In this document: positions 41,822-54,984 of the stretch, one piece after another
Layout: each line of letters starts with the position of its first letter
Numbering within the stretch: position 1 is the stretch's first letter
From: Eledone cirrhosa
Lineage: Eukaryota
Length of the DNA stretch: 64,000 nucleotides
NCBI GenBank assembly: GCA_964016885.1
Contig: OZ024743.1
Span: 230,020,001-230,084,000, forward strand
Reading direction: 5' to 3'
The notes under the pieces: model-generated
Seen by the model: the letters and a program-made list of their open reading frames with translations, nothing else
Database searches by the model: none
Told to the model about the DNA's origin: nothing
Translations under genes and position numbers: made by a program

Positions 41822-42028
41822 ATTAAAATAACAGATTAAAGTTTAAGCAAATAATCTCTGCTTTCACCCTTAACGGGATCTTCTGAAACTAACAAAGTCA
41901 ATATGTGAACGCAGAAGTGAATATTTCAAAAAACGTTGCAACCGGAGGAAGACAGGAAGACGATACTTTGGTTCGTGGAAACCTTCCCTGGCAAAGAACG
42001 GGAAAAAACGAATATAATACGTCACACG

Positions 42029-42065
<37 letters not shown>

Positions 42066-42752
42066 CCACACACACCCACACACACACACACACACAGTAT
42101 TTGTATAGCGAGTGTTTTCGCGTATGCTTGTGTATGTACGTATATGGTTGCGTGTATGTATTTATTTAATTTCTGTTACCTCTGTATTTTATTTACTTTA
42201 TTCTTAACTCTGAAGCCGAGAATCATTCGGTTTCCTAGTTAAAATTTTAGTCTACGACTTCAGTTATACCATTTACGTGGTTTTGTCTTTGCGTGCAATT
42301 GTTCTCCACGCTACAAATATGACGTATTATCTTCGTTTTTTACGTTCATTGCCAGGGAATGTCTCTATGAACCACCTAATAGAATATTAGTCTGCGACTT
42401 CTTTTATACCATAAACGCGGTTTTGTCTTTGCGTGTAATTGTTTTTCACCGCTCCAAATAATGACGTATTATATTCGTTTTTCCCGTTCTTTCACAGGGA
42501 ACGTTTCCACGAACCAAAGTATCGTCTTCCTGTCTTCCTCCGGTTGCAACGTTTTTTGAAATATTCACTTCTGGGTTCACAGATTGACTTTGTTAGTTTC
42601 AGAAGATCCCGTTAAGGGTAAAAGCAGCGATTCTTTGCTTAAACTTTAATCTGTTATTTTAATAAACTTTTGCTCTACGGTTCTTATATATTTGATATAT
42701 ATTTATCCTTATCGAACCCTCTTTGGATTTTAGTCTTCAAATTTATTATTAT

Positions 42753-42760
<8 letters not shown>
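41822..42760 (+). mobile_element. ORF-less PLE-end element with inverted arms and CAGAAGA hammerhead variants
   Basis: Inverted repeats 41822-42024 and ~42463-42664; motifs 41840-41890 (-) and 42595-42645 (+); internal ~140-bp tandem duplication 42247-42518. Confidence 0.78.
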
Positions 42761-42834
<74 letters not shown>

Positions 42835-43650
42835 GTATGTAAAAGGTAAACAGAAATAACAACTCAATCGGTACAGTATATGGAAGGGAGATTTCAGGTT
42901 AACACTTGATATAGCCGGAAGAGGGTCTTAACGTATCGGATGTTAGTCCTTCATCAGAAGAAAGAATGATAAATAAGATAGATTGAAGCGACGGGTGGGT
43001 TGGAATTGGAAAAAATATCTTTAGATAAAAATAACAGGTCCATTCATGTTGAAATCTCTTGCAAAACTGTTGGTGCTGGCGTTTTGTGTATGATTTATTT
43101 TTTAGAAAGGTGGATGATGTAGCGCGTCTACTGAAATGGAAAATAAAATGTTTTGTAAAAAGAGCTATACTTGTGCATGTGCGTAAGCATGAGTGTGTGT
43201 GTGTGTGCGTGTGTGGGTTTGTGTGAGTGTGTGTGTGTGTGTGTGTGTTATTATACGTCCTTACGAAGCTAAGAAGAATGTGTGTGCATATGTGAGTAAA
43301 AGAGTGTGTGTGCATGTAAGTATGAAGCTATGAGCAAAAGTATGTTAATATAAAGGGTGTGTATGTGTGTATACAGAGCAGTGAAGGGAAAAGTGGAGTG
43401 GGTATATATAGTCGGCCTGTATTAGATGTAAGAGAATATGTTAATGATGAAGAGAAAGCGATAAGAATCTAATGGCGTGATAATGGACGTGGTATTAGAG
43501 GAATTGTGGAGGTGAGTTGAGTCCAATAGGGGAATAGGAACCAAGACGGTGAATCAGACTTTGTTCAGTCCTGGTGCGTGAGGCGGGACACCCAGGACTG
43601 AAACATGTAGGGAAGAATGACCAGGAGAACAGAAATGACGGGTGACAGGA
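42835..43650 (-). mobile_element. 3' end of Neptune-like PLE (same family as 51090-52675)
   Basis: Reverse homology to ~51865-52675; decayed HHR at 42926-42961 (GAAA>GATA). Confidence 0.85.
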
Positions 43651-43694
43651 GTAACATATCTAAATGTAAATACATATAAATATATATATATATA

Positions 43695-44083
43695 TAAAAT
43701 AAAATAAATAAGTCAAATATTTACAATTTGGCTTCGTTTATTACTGCTATATATATTTCGGTGACAGCCATCTTTGGCTGTGACCTCTTCAGTCAGTCCG
43801 AAATAACAACCCAACCAGGAACTGGGCATGTCAGAGTATTGACGAAGTTAAACACCTCAACATGTGTACCCGTCTCTACTGCACCAATTCGGACTTCCTG
43901 AAGAGGTCACAGCCAAAGATGGCTGTCACCGAAATATATATAGCAGTAATAAACGAAACCAAATTTTAAATATTTGACTTATTTATTTTATTTTATATTT
44001 CTCCGGAGTAACCAAACCAACCTGCGCACTCCGTCGAGTGCTCCATACTGCATACTAGGTGTTGTAAACTACCAACATATACT

Positions 44084-44090
<7 letters not shown>
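43695..44090 (+). mobile_element. ORF-less fold-back element with two opposed hammerheads
   Basis: HHRs at 43743-43797 (-) and 43893-43947 (+); stem II ggt-c-acagcc/ggctgt-c-acc. Confidence 0.82.
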
Positions 44091-44145
<55 letters not shown>

Positions 44146-45451
44146 CAAACGGCCATTCCTAGCTTTGGATTTACCAACCGGGAATAGAAAGCCATTCTCA
44201 GACCATACTAGATACGAAACCCATCCCACCGATGCCGTATATAGCACCACACACACACACACATGAATACACCAATGCATGGAACCATTCATTACACACA
44301 AACAACCACACATCTCTGAAAAACGCACATACTATCATACGCACATGCGCCCGCATGCACTATTCCGCGCACGGGTGTGTGCATGTGTACACATATGCAT
44401 ACGTGTGTTTGTGTGCGTGTGAACAAGTAGCGGTTATCTTCACTTCCATTAAATGTTTTTTTTATTTTTTTTTTTTACTGGACACAACATAACTTTTGAC
44501 TGGAAAATGTAGGCAATAGAACGGTCATTAAGAAAATAAATTCAATAGACCCTTTGTAGAGGTTCGAGAGAAAAAATATTGTAGGAGTACATCAGGCATT
44601 GATTAGATGACTTTCATGACAATGATTACGGGCTTTTTCCATCAGTTCTTGATCATATAGTACTACCACGTATTTTGCTGATTCAGAGTTTACCATTAGC
44701 TGGGTATATCAGTGAGTTGTAAGGACAGCAGAAAACTATCCTCCACGCAGGTGTTTTAATTATCATGGATTGCCAACATGGATTATGTTGACTTGCTCTA
44801 TTTGGGATTGGGGGGGGGGGTATTTAGTAGGGACAGAAGGGGCATTATCTATGACTATTTTCATAACCGTCATGACTGGCGGGAGGAATAAACAAAATTA
44901 TACTCAGACAAGGATAATTGTCCAGATGTTTGCAATAGAATAAACCTTGTTAAAGTTACTCTTGGGAGAATTAGTGGGGTTAAACAGAGCTACGAATTAA
45001 GTCCTCTTGGAGGATTAATTCGCATTTGCTTCGAATAGACTACGAATATCGTCCAGTCACCTTTTCTTTGCAAGGAAGTCCGCATAATTTTTCTTTGCCC
45101 GATACCTTTGGTGAAAACTACTAAGGTGGATGACGATGAGTATGTCAGGGACTAAGCATATCCTCTGCAACAATCAACATCTTCCAGTAATGCCACTTTG
45201 AAAGGTAAGTGAAGAGTTGGGAGATAAAATTAAGCAAACAAACGATTAAAAATGAAAAATAGGAAAATTAAAAGAAAAAAGATAAGAAAGATGGAAATAA
45301 TAAACAACCATCTAAAAAATGAAATAAGTCGAAAATGAAATAAAAATAGAAAAACTGAAGACTGAAACCAAAAAAATAGTTCAATCTGAAAGACGTAAAT
45401 AGAGAAGGGAGAGAAGAAGGACTAAAGGAATGCAATAGAAAAAAGAAAGAA

Positions 45452-45515
<64 letters not shown>

Positions 45516-45817
45516 AGGTAGGAGTAAAAACGAGTCAAAGAACGAAAAAGAGAGATGAAACTCATAGCAAAGTAGAAGAAATAAATAAGTAAATGTGTTA
45601 AAGGAAATAGAAAATCGAGTAGTGAATAGAAAGTACACGTATTGAGAAAATGGAATCATTTAGAAAAGAGAACACACACCCACACACATTCATACAAATG
45701 TATATTAATAGATTTACGAAATCACACTACCGCAAGATGCTTTGTGCACCTATGGATGTGAAACACAGAACCACACACTATCATACATATATAAATATAT
45801 ATATATGTATGTATGCA

Positions 45818-45857
<40 letters not shown>

Positions 45858-45858
<1 letters not shown>

Positions 45859-46470
45859 GTCAGGTCACCAGTTGGTGCTACTGGTAACATGTATCCCAGT
45901 ACAACCTGTCTCATGGTCGGGTCGTTGGCGACTAAACTGGCAACCCCACCAAGGTTTCTTGGTGAGGAGGGTGACTTTGGACATCCTGCAGGAGTAAAAA
46001 CAAAACCTGTCAAAGGGCAAAGGAGCTCTTAAGAGTCAATGGCCACCCAAAATCACCGGGAGAGATGACCCCTTAGCCTTTGTCAAGGCAAAATTCTTGG
46101 AGAAGGAAAACTCTAATATAACATCTGCAACACTGATGGTATCCAATGATGTTGACTTGTTCTTCTTTTTGGTAAATATCATCTGGTTAAGAGAGTAGGA
46201 CTGGCTTTGTGCAGTGCCTTTTCTCACTATAAAAGCTTCACAGCACAGGCATTGCTTTATATCTGGAGATATCTCTGCATTTGTCGTCACATGGTACCAT
46301 GGGCCCAGCACTGTGTGTCAATAATTGTCACAAGTGTAGTGTTTGTACTAGAGTTTTCAAGTCGCTGGCTGGACTAAAAAGTCATACTCGTTCAGCGCAT
46401 CGGGAGAGGTTCTCCTACATGGATATGAAGTAGTGGCCGTACTCGAAAACGAGTTGGCAGCCACCATGGA
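45858..46470 (+). mobile_element. Probable rearranged or internally deleted RTE-type LINE (5' UTR-like part plus C2H2 3' end)
   Basis: ggagaaggaaaactct motif, recalled from RTE 5' UTRs (~46099-46115); CSVCTRVFKSLAGLKSHTRSAH zinc finger at ~46335-46400. Confidence 0.5.
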
Positions 46471-47175
46471 GTATCGCTAAAAAGCTTTCTCTGATATTGT
46501 ACTTATTTATTTACTCTTGGTGCAACAGATTTGAAATTCCCGGTATAAGGTTAGGCTTTCTTTGTTTATTTTTTTATATATGAATATAGATTGTTCCTTA
46601 TATCTCATTCTGTTATTTTGCCCGGGAAAATATCTGTGTGTGTCATCAAATGTTGTACACACATAGATATTTTTTCAATTTCCAATTGAGTTCTAGCACG
46701 TGGCCTGAATTCCTTTTAGAGTTCATTGTCATGCGCTAGTATTGTTTTTTTTTGGCGGTAATTTACTTCCTCATTTTTGAATCAGTTTGAGCATTTCTTT
46801 AGAACTGCTGGACTAGCAACCTGACAGATACCTCAGGCACTGATGATGATTATCGCTAAATACTGATGTTGGTTAGATTATCATATTAGTATTATTGGGT
46901 CACCCACTTGAATATATATCTATTGATGGTATACAACCTCCTACATAAATTGATATAATTTCACCCAAATTGTAGGAATCCTATAATGAAACGAGACGTC
47001 CGTCTGGGAAGAGATATATTCGATGTGTCTCATATGAAATAATACAGCCAATTTTCCACGCAATACTTATAGTTAGCACCCCGGACGCATAATTAGGAAT
47101 ATAATCACTTATTTCCTAATGTTTGTTGAGTGAGTTGGAATTTGGCCGGAGTATCGCTAAAAAGCTTTCTCCGAT

Positions 47176-47179
<4 letters not shown>

Positions 47180-47214
<35 letters not shown>

Positions 47215-47222
47215 TATATATA

Positions 47223-47266
<44 letters not shown>

Positions 47267-47323
47267 ATATATATATATACATATATATATATACATATAT
47301 ATATATAAACATATACATATATA

Positions 47324-47367
<44 letters not shown>

Positions 47368-47475
47368 TATATAATATATATATATATATATATACATATA
47401 TATATACATATATATATATATATATTATATATATATATAATATATATATATATAATATAGAATATATATATATAT
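47180..47475. repeat. Compound (TA)n microsatellite
   Basis: Seen directly. Confidence 0.95.
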
Positions 47476-47655
47476 AATTTTTTCTACGTTTGGCACAAGG
47501 CCAGAAATTACCCAGAACATTACTCGTACTTTATTTTATCGACCCCGTAAGGATGAAAGGCAAAGTTAACCTCGGCGGGATTTGAACTCAGAATGGCAAG
47601 GGCCGTAACTCTATACGACAAAGCATAGCGTCCGACCCTCTACCGATACTGCCAA
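47474..47655 (-). mobile_element. tRNA-derived SINE (dominant family)
   Basis: Near-consensus copy. Confidence 0.85.
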
Positions 47656-48162
47656 TATAATGTGTGTTTCTGTGTGTTTCGCACAAAATAAAGGATATGC
47701 CCGATAACAAATGAAGATTTGAAGAGAACAAAAAAAGGAGAACATCTGATGGAGAGAAGGAGTGGAAGAAGTAGTGAGATTAAAAGAGAAAAAAAAACTC
47801 CAAAATAAAGAAAGAAAAGATGTAAAAAATATCATGTAGATATTGTATATCAATCTATATAGGCAGTGATTTCGAACAACATTTAAATAAGCTATCAACA
47901 TATTTAGTTTATTTACACATCCTCTATAAGAATATATTGCCTTTTGTACCTCAGTATCTCTTCGTAAGTAAGCGTATAGTGAAGAAGTATACAGATCCCG
48001 AAATTCATGTACAGATTGTTCTTACCTGGCTACTGAGGTAGCTGTGATAAGATCACAGTTGAAACTATACACAGCGAGGCTACATGTGTATATATTTTAC
48101 ATGAACATATTGTAGATGGGTCTCATGCTCCTATATCATTAATGCAAAAGAAGGTGGATTGG

Positions 48163-48352
48163 AGTGGATTGGCAGTATCGGTAGTGCGCCAGAGACCGTA
48201 CTTTGCCGTATAGAGTTATGGCCCTTTACGTTCTGAGTTAAAATCTTGCCGAGGTTAGCTTTGCCTTTCATCCTTACGGGGTCGATAAAATAAAGTACCA
48301 GTAATGCACTGGGGTAATTGCTGACCTTGTGCCAATAGTAGAAACAATTATT
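48163..48352 (+). mobile_element. tRNA-derived SINE (dominant family)
   Basis: Family core sequence. Confidence 0.82.
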
Positions 48353-49933
48353 AATGCAAAAGAATGCCTGTAAATGCGTTTAAAAACAGAGAAAAATAGA
48401 ACTGAAATAATTTATAAAAGAATAATGGATAAATATGAAGAAAATTATACTGAACAAAGAAAGCTTCGTTGGGAGAAATTATGCAAGAAATATTTTGGAA
48501 CATATGGCCGTTAGGATGACGTGTGTTCCAGGTGTTTTGTTGTTTTGATCAATGCAACAGCTTATTCATGCAGTTAACGTGTTAGTGGCTGAGCATCAAT
48601 CAGACACGTTTACTTGTATTGTAATTTTCAGGTAGATTCAGTGTGATAGAGTGAGTGAGTTTGTAATAAGGCTGACTATTTGTATTATGCGTACAATTAA
48701 TTTTTCCTAGTTGAGTGGATGGGAGGAAGGGGAAATCATGGATTTTTCCTGAAGGTCAAATAACGACGCCGGGAATCGAAATCATAATCTTTCCTACGGC
48801 CATGACCGAAAACCCTAACCATTCTTCACAAAGAATGTACTTGGTAAAGAAACAAAGTGTGCGAGAAAAAATAACAAGTTGAGAAAGAGAGAACAAAGAA
48901 AGAGAAAGTAATAGATTGATAGTGGGAACCAGAAAGGAAGAAAAGAGTAACAAGAAAGGGAAACAGAGAGAAATGATTAAAGAAAGAAGCAAACAATGAA
49001 AGAAAAATAATCTGAAGAAAAGAAAAATACGAGAAACAAGGAAGGAAAGAGTAACATAAACGAAAGAAAGAAGAGATGAATGAAAGAGAAAATAAACGAA
49101 GGTATAAAAGAAATGCGAAGAAGAATTATAGCAAACGAATGAAAGATAAAAGAAGAAATCTTGAAACCAAATTGATGAAAATTGGGGAAATAATAAAACG
49201 GAAGAAGGAAAATTGGAGAAAGAAATGCAGCGAGTGAAAAATGGAAGGAAACCAAAACAAAATGAAACAACGAAAATAATAGAAATTGTCCGAAAATGCA
49301 ATGGAATATAAAAGAATGATAAAAAAATAAAGATAAATGGAGGCTGGAATACAACAGCAATAACAACAACAACTCTACTTCCGAAGGTGTTAAATAGAAG
49401 TAGAATAATAGAACCACAGCTATAAAAACGTAAAAAACAAAACAATAACAGCGAATTGAAGAAGACGAGATGGAAAAACCGTCGAATGAAGATATACACT
49501 GATGTGCAAACATACAAACACATACACAGATATGCAAACACACACACAAACACACACAATCACACACAGATACGCACACACTTACGTATATGCAGCTGTA
49601 TGTACGAATGTAAAAAAAATACTATTCAATACAACGTAGTAGAAAAAATACACACACACAAACTCGTATGCGTGCCTGCTTCACAATGTACGTATGCATG
49701 CATATTTGTACATATACACATTAAACAGATATATATGTGTGTGTGTGCATGTAATTATACGCGTGTATGCACAGAATAATGTCTCTCTCTATATATATAC
49801 GAATAAATAATGGATGTATATACGTATATACATGTGTAAGATACACATAAATATTTTATATGCTTATATCTATGTAGTTTCACACACACTTTTACTTATA
49901 AATGTATGTAGATATATAAATGGATAAGGATGT

Positions 49934-50023
49934 ACATACATACATACATACATACATACATACATACATACATACATACATACATACATACATACATACA
50001 TACATAAATACATACATACATAC
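49934..50023. repeat. (CATA)n microsatellite
   Basis: Seen directly. Confidence 0.95.
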
Positions 50024-51089
50024 ATGTGCAAGATCGATTGTAGGGAGACGTAGCAACTATACAATTGTACTTTCGTAATGGCTGTTTTGTGAATGTGATA
50101 ACCAAAGTTATTGGATAATATTTATCGTGTTAGGCTGATAACTTTATTGAGCTATTATTCCGATACCGTTATTGACATATCGCAACATCCCATGGGCAGT
50201 GGTGATGTAGGTGATAGTAGTGGTGGTGGTGGTGGCGGTGTATGTAGAGTGGTAGTGCTGTTCGTGTTGGTGATGTTTTCTTCTTGTAGTCGTGTGATTT
50301 GGTCGCCATCTTTTATACAGCGGACATTTTGTGTAACGATTTTTCACTGTTCCTATTTATTTTGTTTCTATTGTTGTTCTACTACAGTTGTTGTAGTTGT
50401 TACTGCAACTTGTTGTTACTATCGTTGTTTTGTCACAGCTGTTGGAGATTTTGCCATTTTTTCTTACTTTCTTTATTGCTATTTCAGACGTTGTTGCGAT
50501 TATTTCTTTCTTGCCATATTTGTTTTTGTTAGTTTGCCGGTATTGCTGTTGTTGTTGTTGTTTGTGTTATTGTTTATTGGTTGCTATCGTTAGCTTTGTA
50601 CTGATTGTACCTGTTGTTGTAGTTGAAGTCATTAATGTTAATGTTGCATTCATTATAGTTGACACTCCTATTGCTGTTGGCATTTTTCTAGCTCTCTCTG
50701 CTAATGCTGTTTATTGTAATCGTAATTCTTGACATCATTGTTTTTGTTATCATATTGGTTAAGTATCCACATTTTAGATCTGATCGAAATTTAGTTCTAC
50801 TTGCCGAATTTTCCTTCCACGTTGCTATTGTAACCGCTGAAGATATAATTATTGCTGTGTATTTTCCTTTCGTTGATATTGTGGTTGTTTTTGTAATTGT
50901 TATTGTTGGAGATACATTCTTTTAAAATTCGTACTGAAGATTGTCGTCGCTATATTTGCTTGTATTATTTCCAGTGTTGTTAATATAGGAAATGCTGCTC
51001 AAGTTGATGTAGACGTATTTCAAGGTTTGTTCAATTGGGAAGGATCCTAACTCACGACCTTTCAGGAAACCTCGATTCGTAACGAAATG

Positions 51090-52790
<1,701 letters not shown>

Positions 52791-52839
52791 GAAATACTGT
52801 TGTTGGTACCAAATCAAGCACTCTATGCCCAGGCAGAGT

Positions 52840-53175
52840 GTATATAATGGAAAAAACGAGAAAGATTTGTTTACATATGAAAAATATTTATTGTGTATCG
52901 ACTAGCTACGTGCGTTTCTCAGAGGATTGGTTCAAGGTGCCCCATAGGAGTTATGCACCCACTCCAGTATCGATCAGGTCCTCAGACTGGTGATGCCACA
53001 AAAGATAGATTTTTTTATCGCATCACCAGTCTGAGGAGCAGATCGTTACTGGAGTTGGGTCCATAACCTCTATGTTTCACCTTGAGCCAATCTTCTGCGA
53101 AATGCGCGTAACAGGTCGATACGCAATAACTATTTTTGATATGTAAACGAAACTTCCTCATTTTCTTCTATTATA
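52840..53175. repeat. Diverged fold-back repeat carrying long-loop hammerhead motifs
   Basis: Arms ~52840-52996 and ~53020-53175; + strand accagt-CTGAGGA-gcaga...tctgc-GAAA-tgcgcg-ta-acaggt (53025-53116). Confidence 0.7.
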
Positions 53176-53199
53176 TATATATATATATATAAACGTTTG

Positions 53200-54960
53200 T
53201 ATATGTATAATAAAGCCAAAACAATGCAGGTATGGACATAGAATAAAGAATGCAGATGCAATAGATATTGTTGACAATTAGTCTTTTACCTTAGATTTAT
53301 TTAAATGTCCTTAATTTTCGAGATATTATCTCTTCTTCGGAGGGAATTAAAGCGGTTAAACCAGTGTTCTAAATAGCATGCCAAGTCATGCTGACAGGAA
53401 ATGGTATAGAGTATCTCTTCTATCTCTAATGTCACAGAGTTAGGTTAGGTGGATAAAGAGTAGTCTCCCTTTAAAAGTTTTTTTTTTGTACATGCCTGTT
53501 TAAGTGTGTGGGAGAATGCATGAAGGTGTAAGTATGTGAGTGTGTGTGTGTGAGTGTGAGAAGATATGTCTATACGTAAATGTAGGGAATATATGTTATC
53601 TCGTGTTAGAACTGGTCTTTGTGTGTGTATGTGTGTGTGTGAGAGAGAATAAGTTGAGGTGTAAGCGTGTGTGTCTGTGTGTGTGTGCGTGTGTGCGCGT
53701 GTGTGTGTGTGTGGGGTGTGTGTAAATATGGGGCTAGATGCTCTATCAAGTTATAAATTGGGTGTTGAGTTCTAGTCTATTATTGATTGGTGGTTGTGTT
53801 TTGTCTATAATTAGTGCTTCCTTAATTCTAAGATTTCCGAGGTTTCTTTCCTTAGTTTCTATCCTAACTGTTATGGTTTTGTCGGTGTTTTTGCATTTAA
53901 CTAGGTGTTTCTTAAATGAGGAAGCGTTAGTATTGAGGTGTTCTTTTATTCTTATGTGGAGTGGTCTGGTGGTGCTACCTACGTAGAAGTTGCTGCATTT
54001 GTCACACTCTAGTCTGTATACGACGTAAGCCTGGTGGCATAGGTCTGTGTCGTTGATGGGGCAATTGGCTAGCCTGCAGCAGTTGTCATGTCTGGTGGAG
54101 TGTCTTTTGGTTAGCTGTCCGCGTAGAGAAGGACCTGAGTGGGCCAGTTGGATATCTAGTCCCTCTCGTCTGATAGCTCTGCGGATGGCTGTTGTTTCGT
54201 CACTGAAGTGTGTGAGCTTCAGGAAGCAAGTGTTAGTGCCTCGGGTGTGGTGTCCTCTGTTTTTTCTGGCACGGTTTGTGGTGGATGTCGTGTTTCCGTT
54301 CAGTTTGAGTACTTCCAGGAAATGTGTGGTGTGTGTGTCTCGGTCTCTAGCGTCGGTGCTTTTGTTCCGGATACGTGTTAGTTCGTTACTTATGTATCCG
54401 AACTTAGCACCGACTGGGAGGGCCGATCTGAAATGTACGAACATGTCTCTGCTGGCGGCTTTTTTATAGAAGCAGGTGTGGATGTTGCCTTCCTCTGTTA
54501 CCCTGAGTTGGAGGTCCAGTAGGGATAGGGATCCGCGGTCATCGGGGTGTTCCATGCTGAACGTTATACTGGCGTCCATGCTGGAGAATGTTCTGTATAT
54601 TTTATCTGCCTCCTCACGGGATGATGTAAGGATGAGTATGTCATCTACATATCGGGTGAAGAAGGTACGGGAATGGCAGGTGTTGAGGTCGCGGCATTCT
54701 AGCTGGTTCATATAGGTGATGGCCAACAGGCCCGATAGACTGGATCCCATGGGTAATCCTGTTGTCTGTCTGTATGTGTGGTGGTTGAAGGTGAAGTACG
54801 TGTTGTCTACTGTGAAGGACAAAAGCTGGTGTATGTCCGTCGGATGGACTCCGTAGCAGTGGATGTCTTCTGCGACTACGCAGTCCGTCAATAAATCGAC
54901 AGCTGGATGAACGGGGGCTGTAGTGTAGAGGGAGACAACGTCGATGCTAAAGGCGTATCT
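53200..54960 (-). mobile_element. Poseidon-like PLE, 5'-truncated; RT-EN ORF 53746-54891 is open
   Basis: SIDVVSLY, QTTGLPMGS, RYVDD, LSLLD, VVYRLECDKC...YVGST...KEH. CCGAAGA HHR-like motif at 53308-53344. Confidence 0.93.
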
Positions 54961-54984
54961 ATTTAGTTTAAGTTGCCCTTAATA

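Noticed and set aside
42853-42870. gaaataacaactcaatc shared with 41499 and 43800 across two PLE families
   Set aside because: Short, AT-rich and in opposite orientation relative to the HHRs; cannot be distinguished from chance.
45060-45215. Possible host exon ending in aag|gtaagt
   Set aside because: All three frames from the nearest acceptor contain stops; no recognisable protein.
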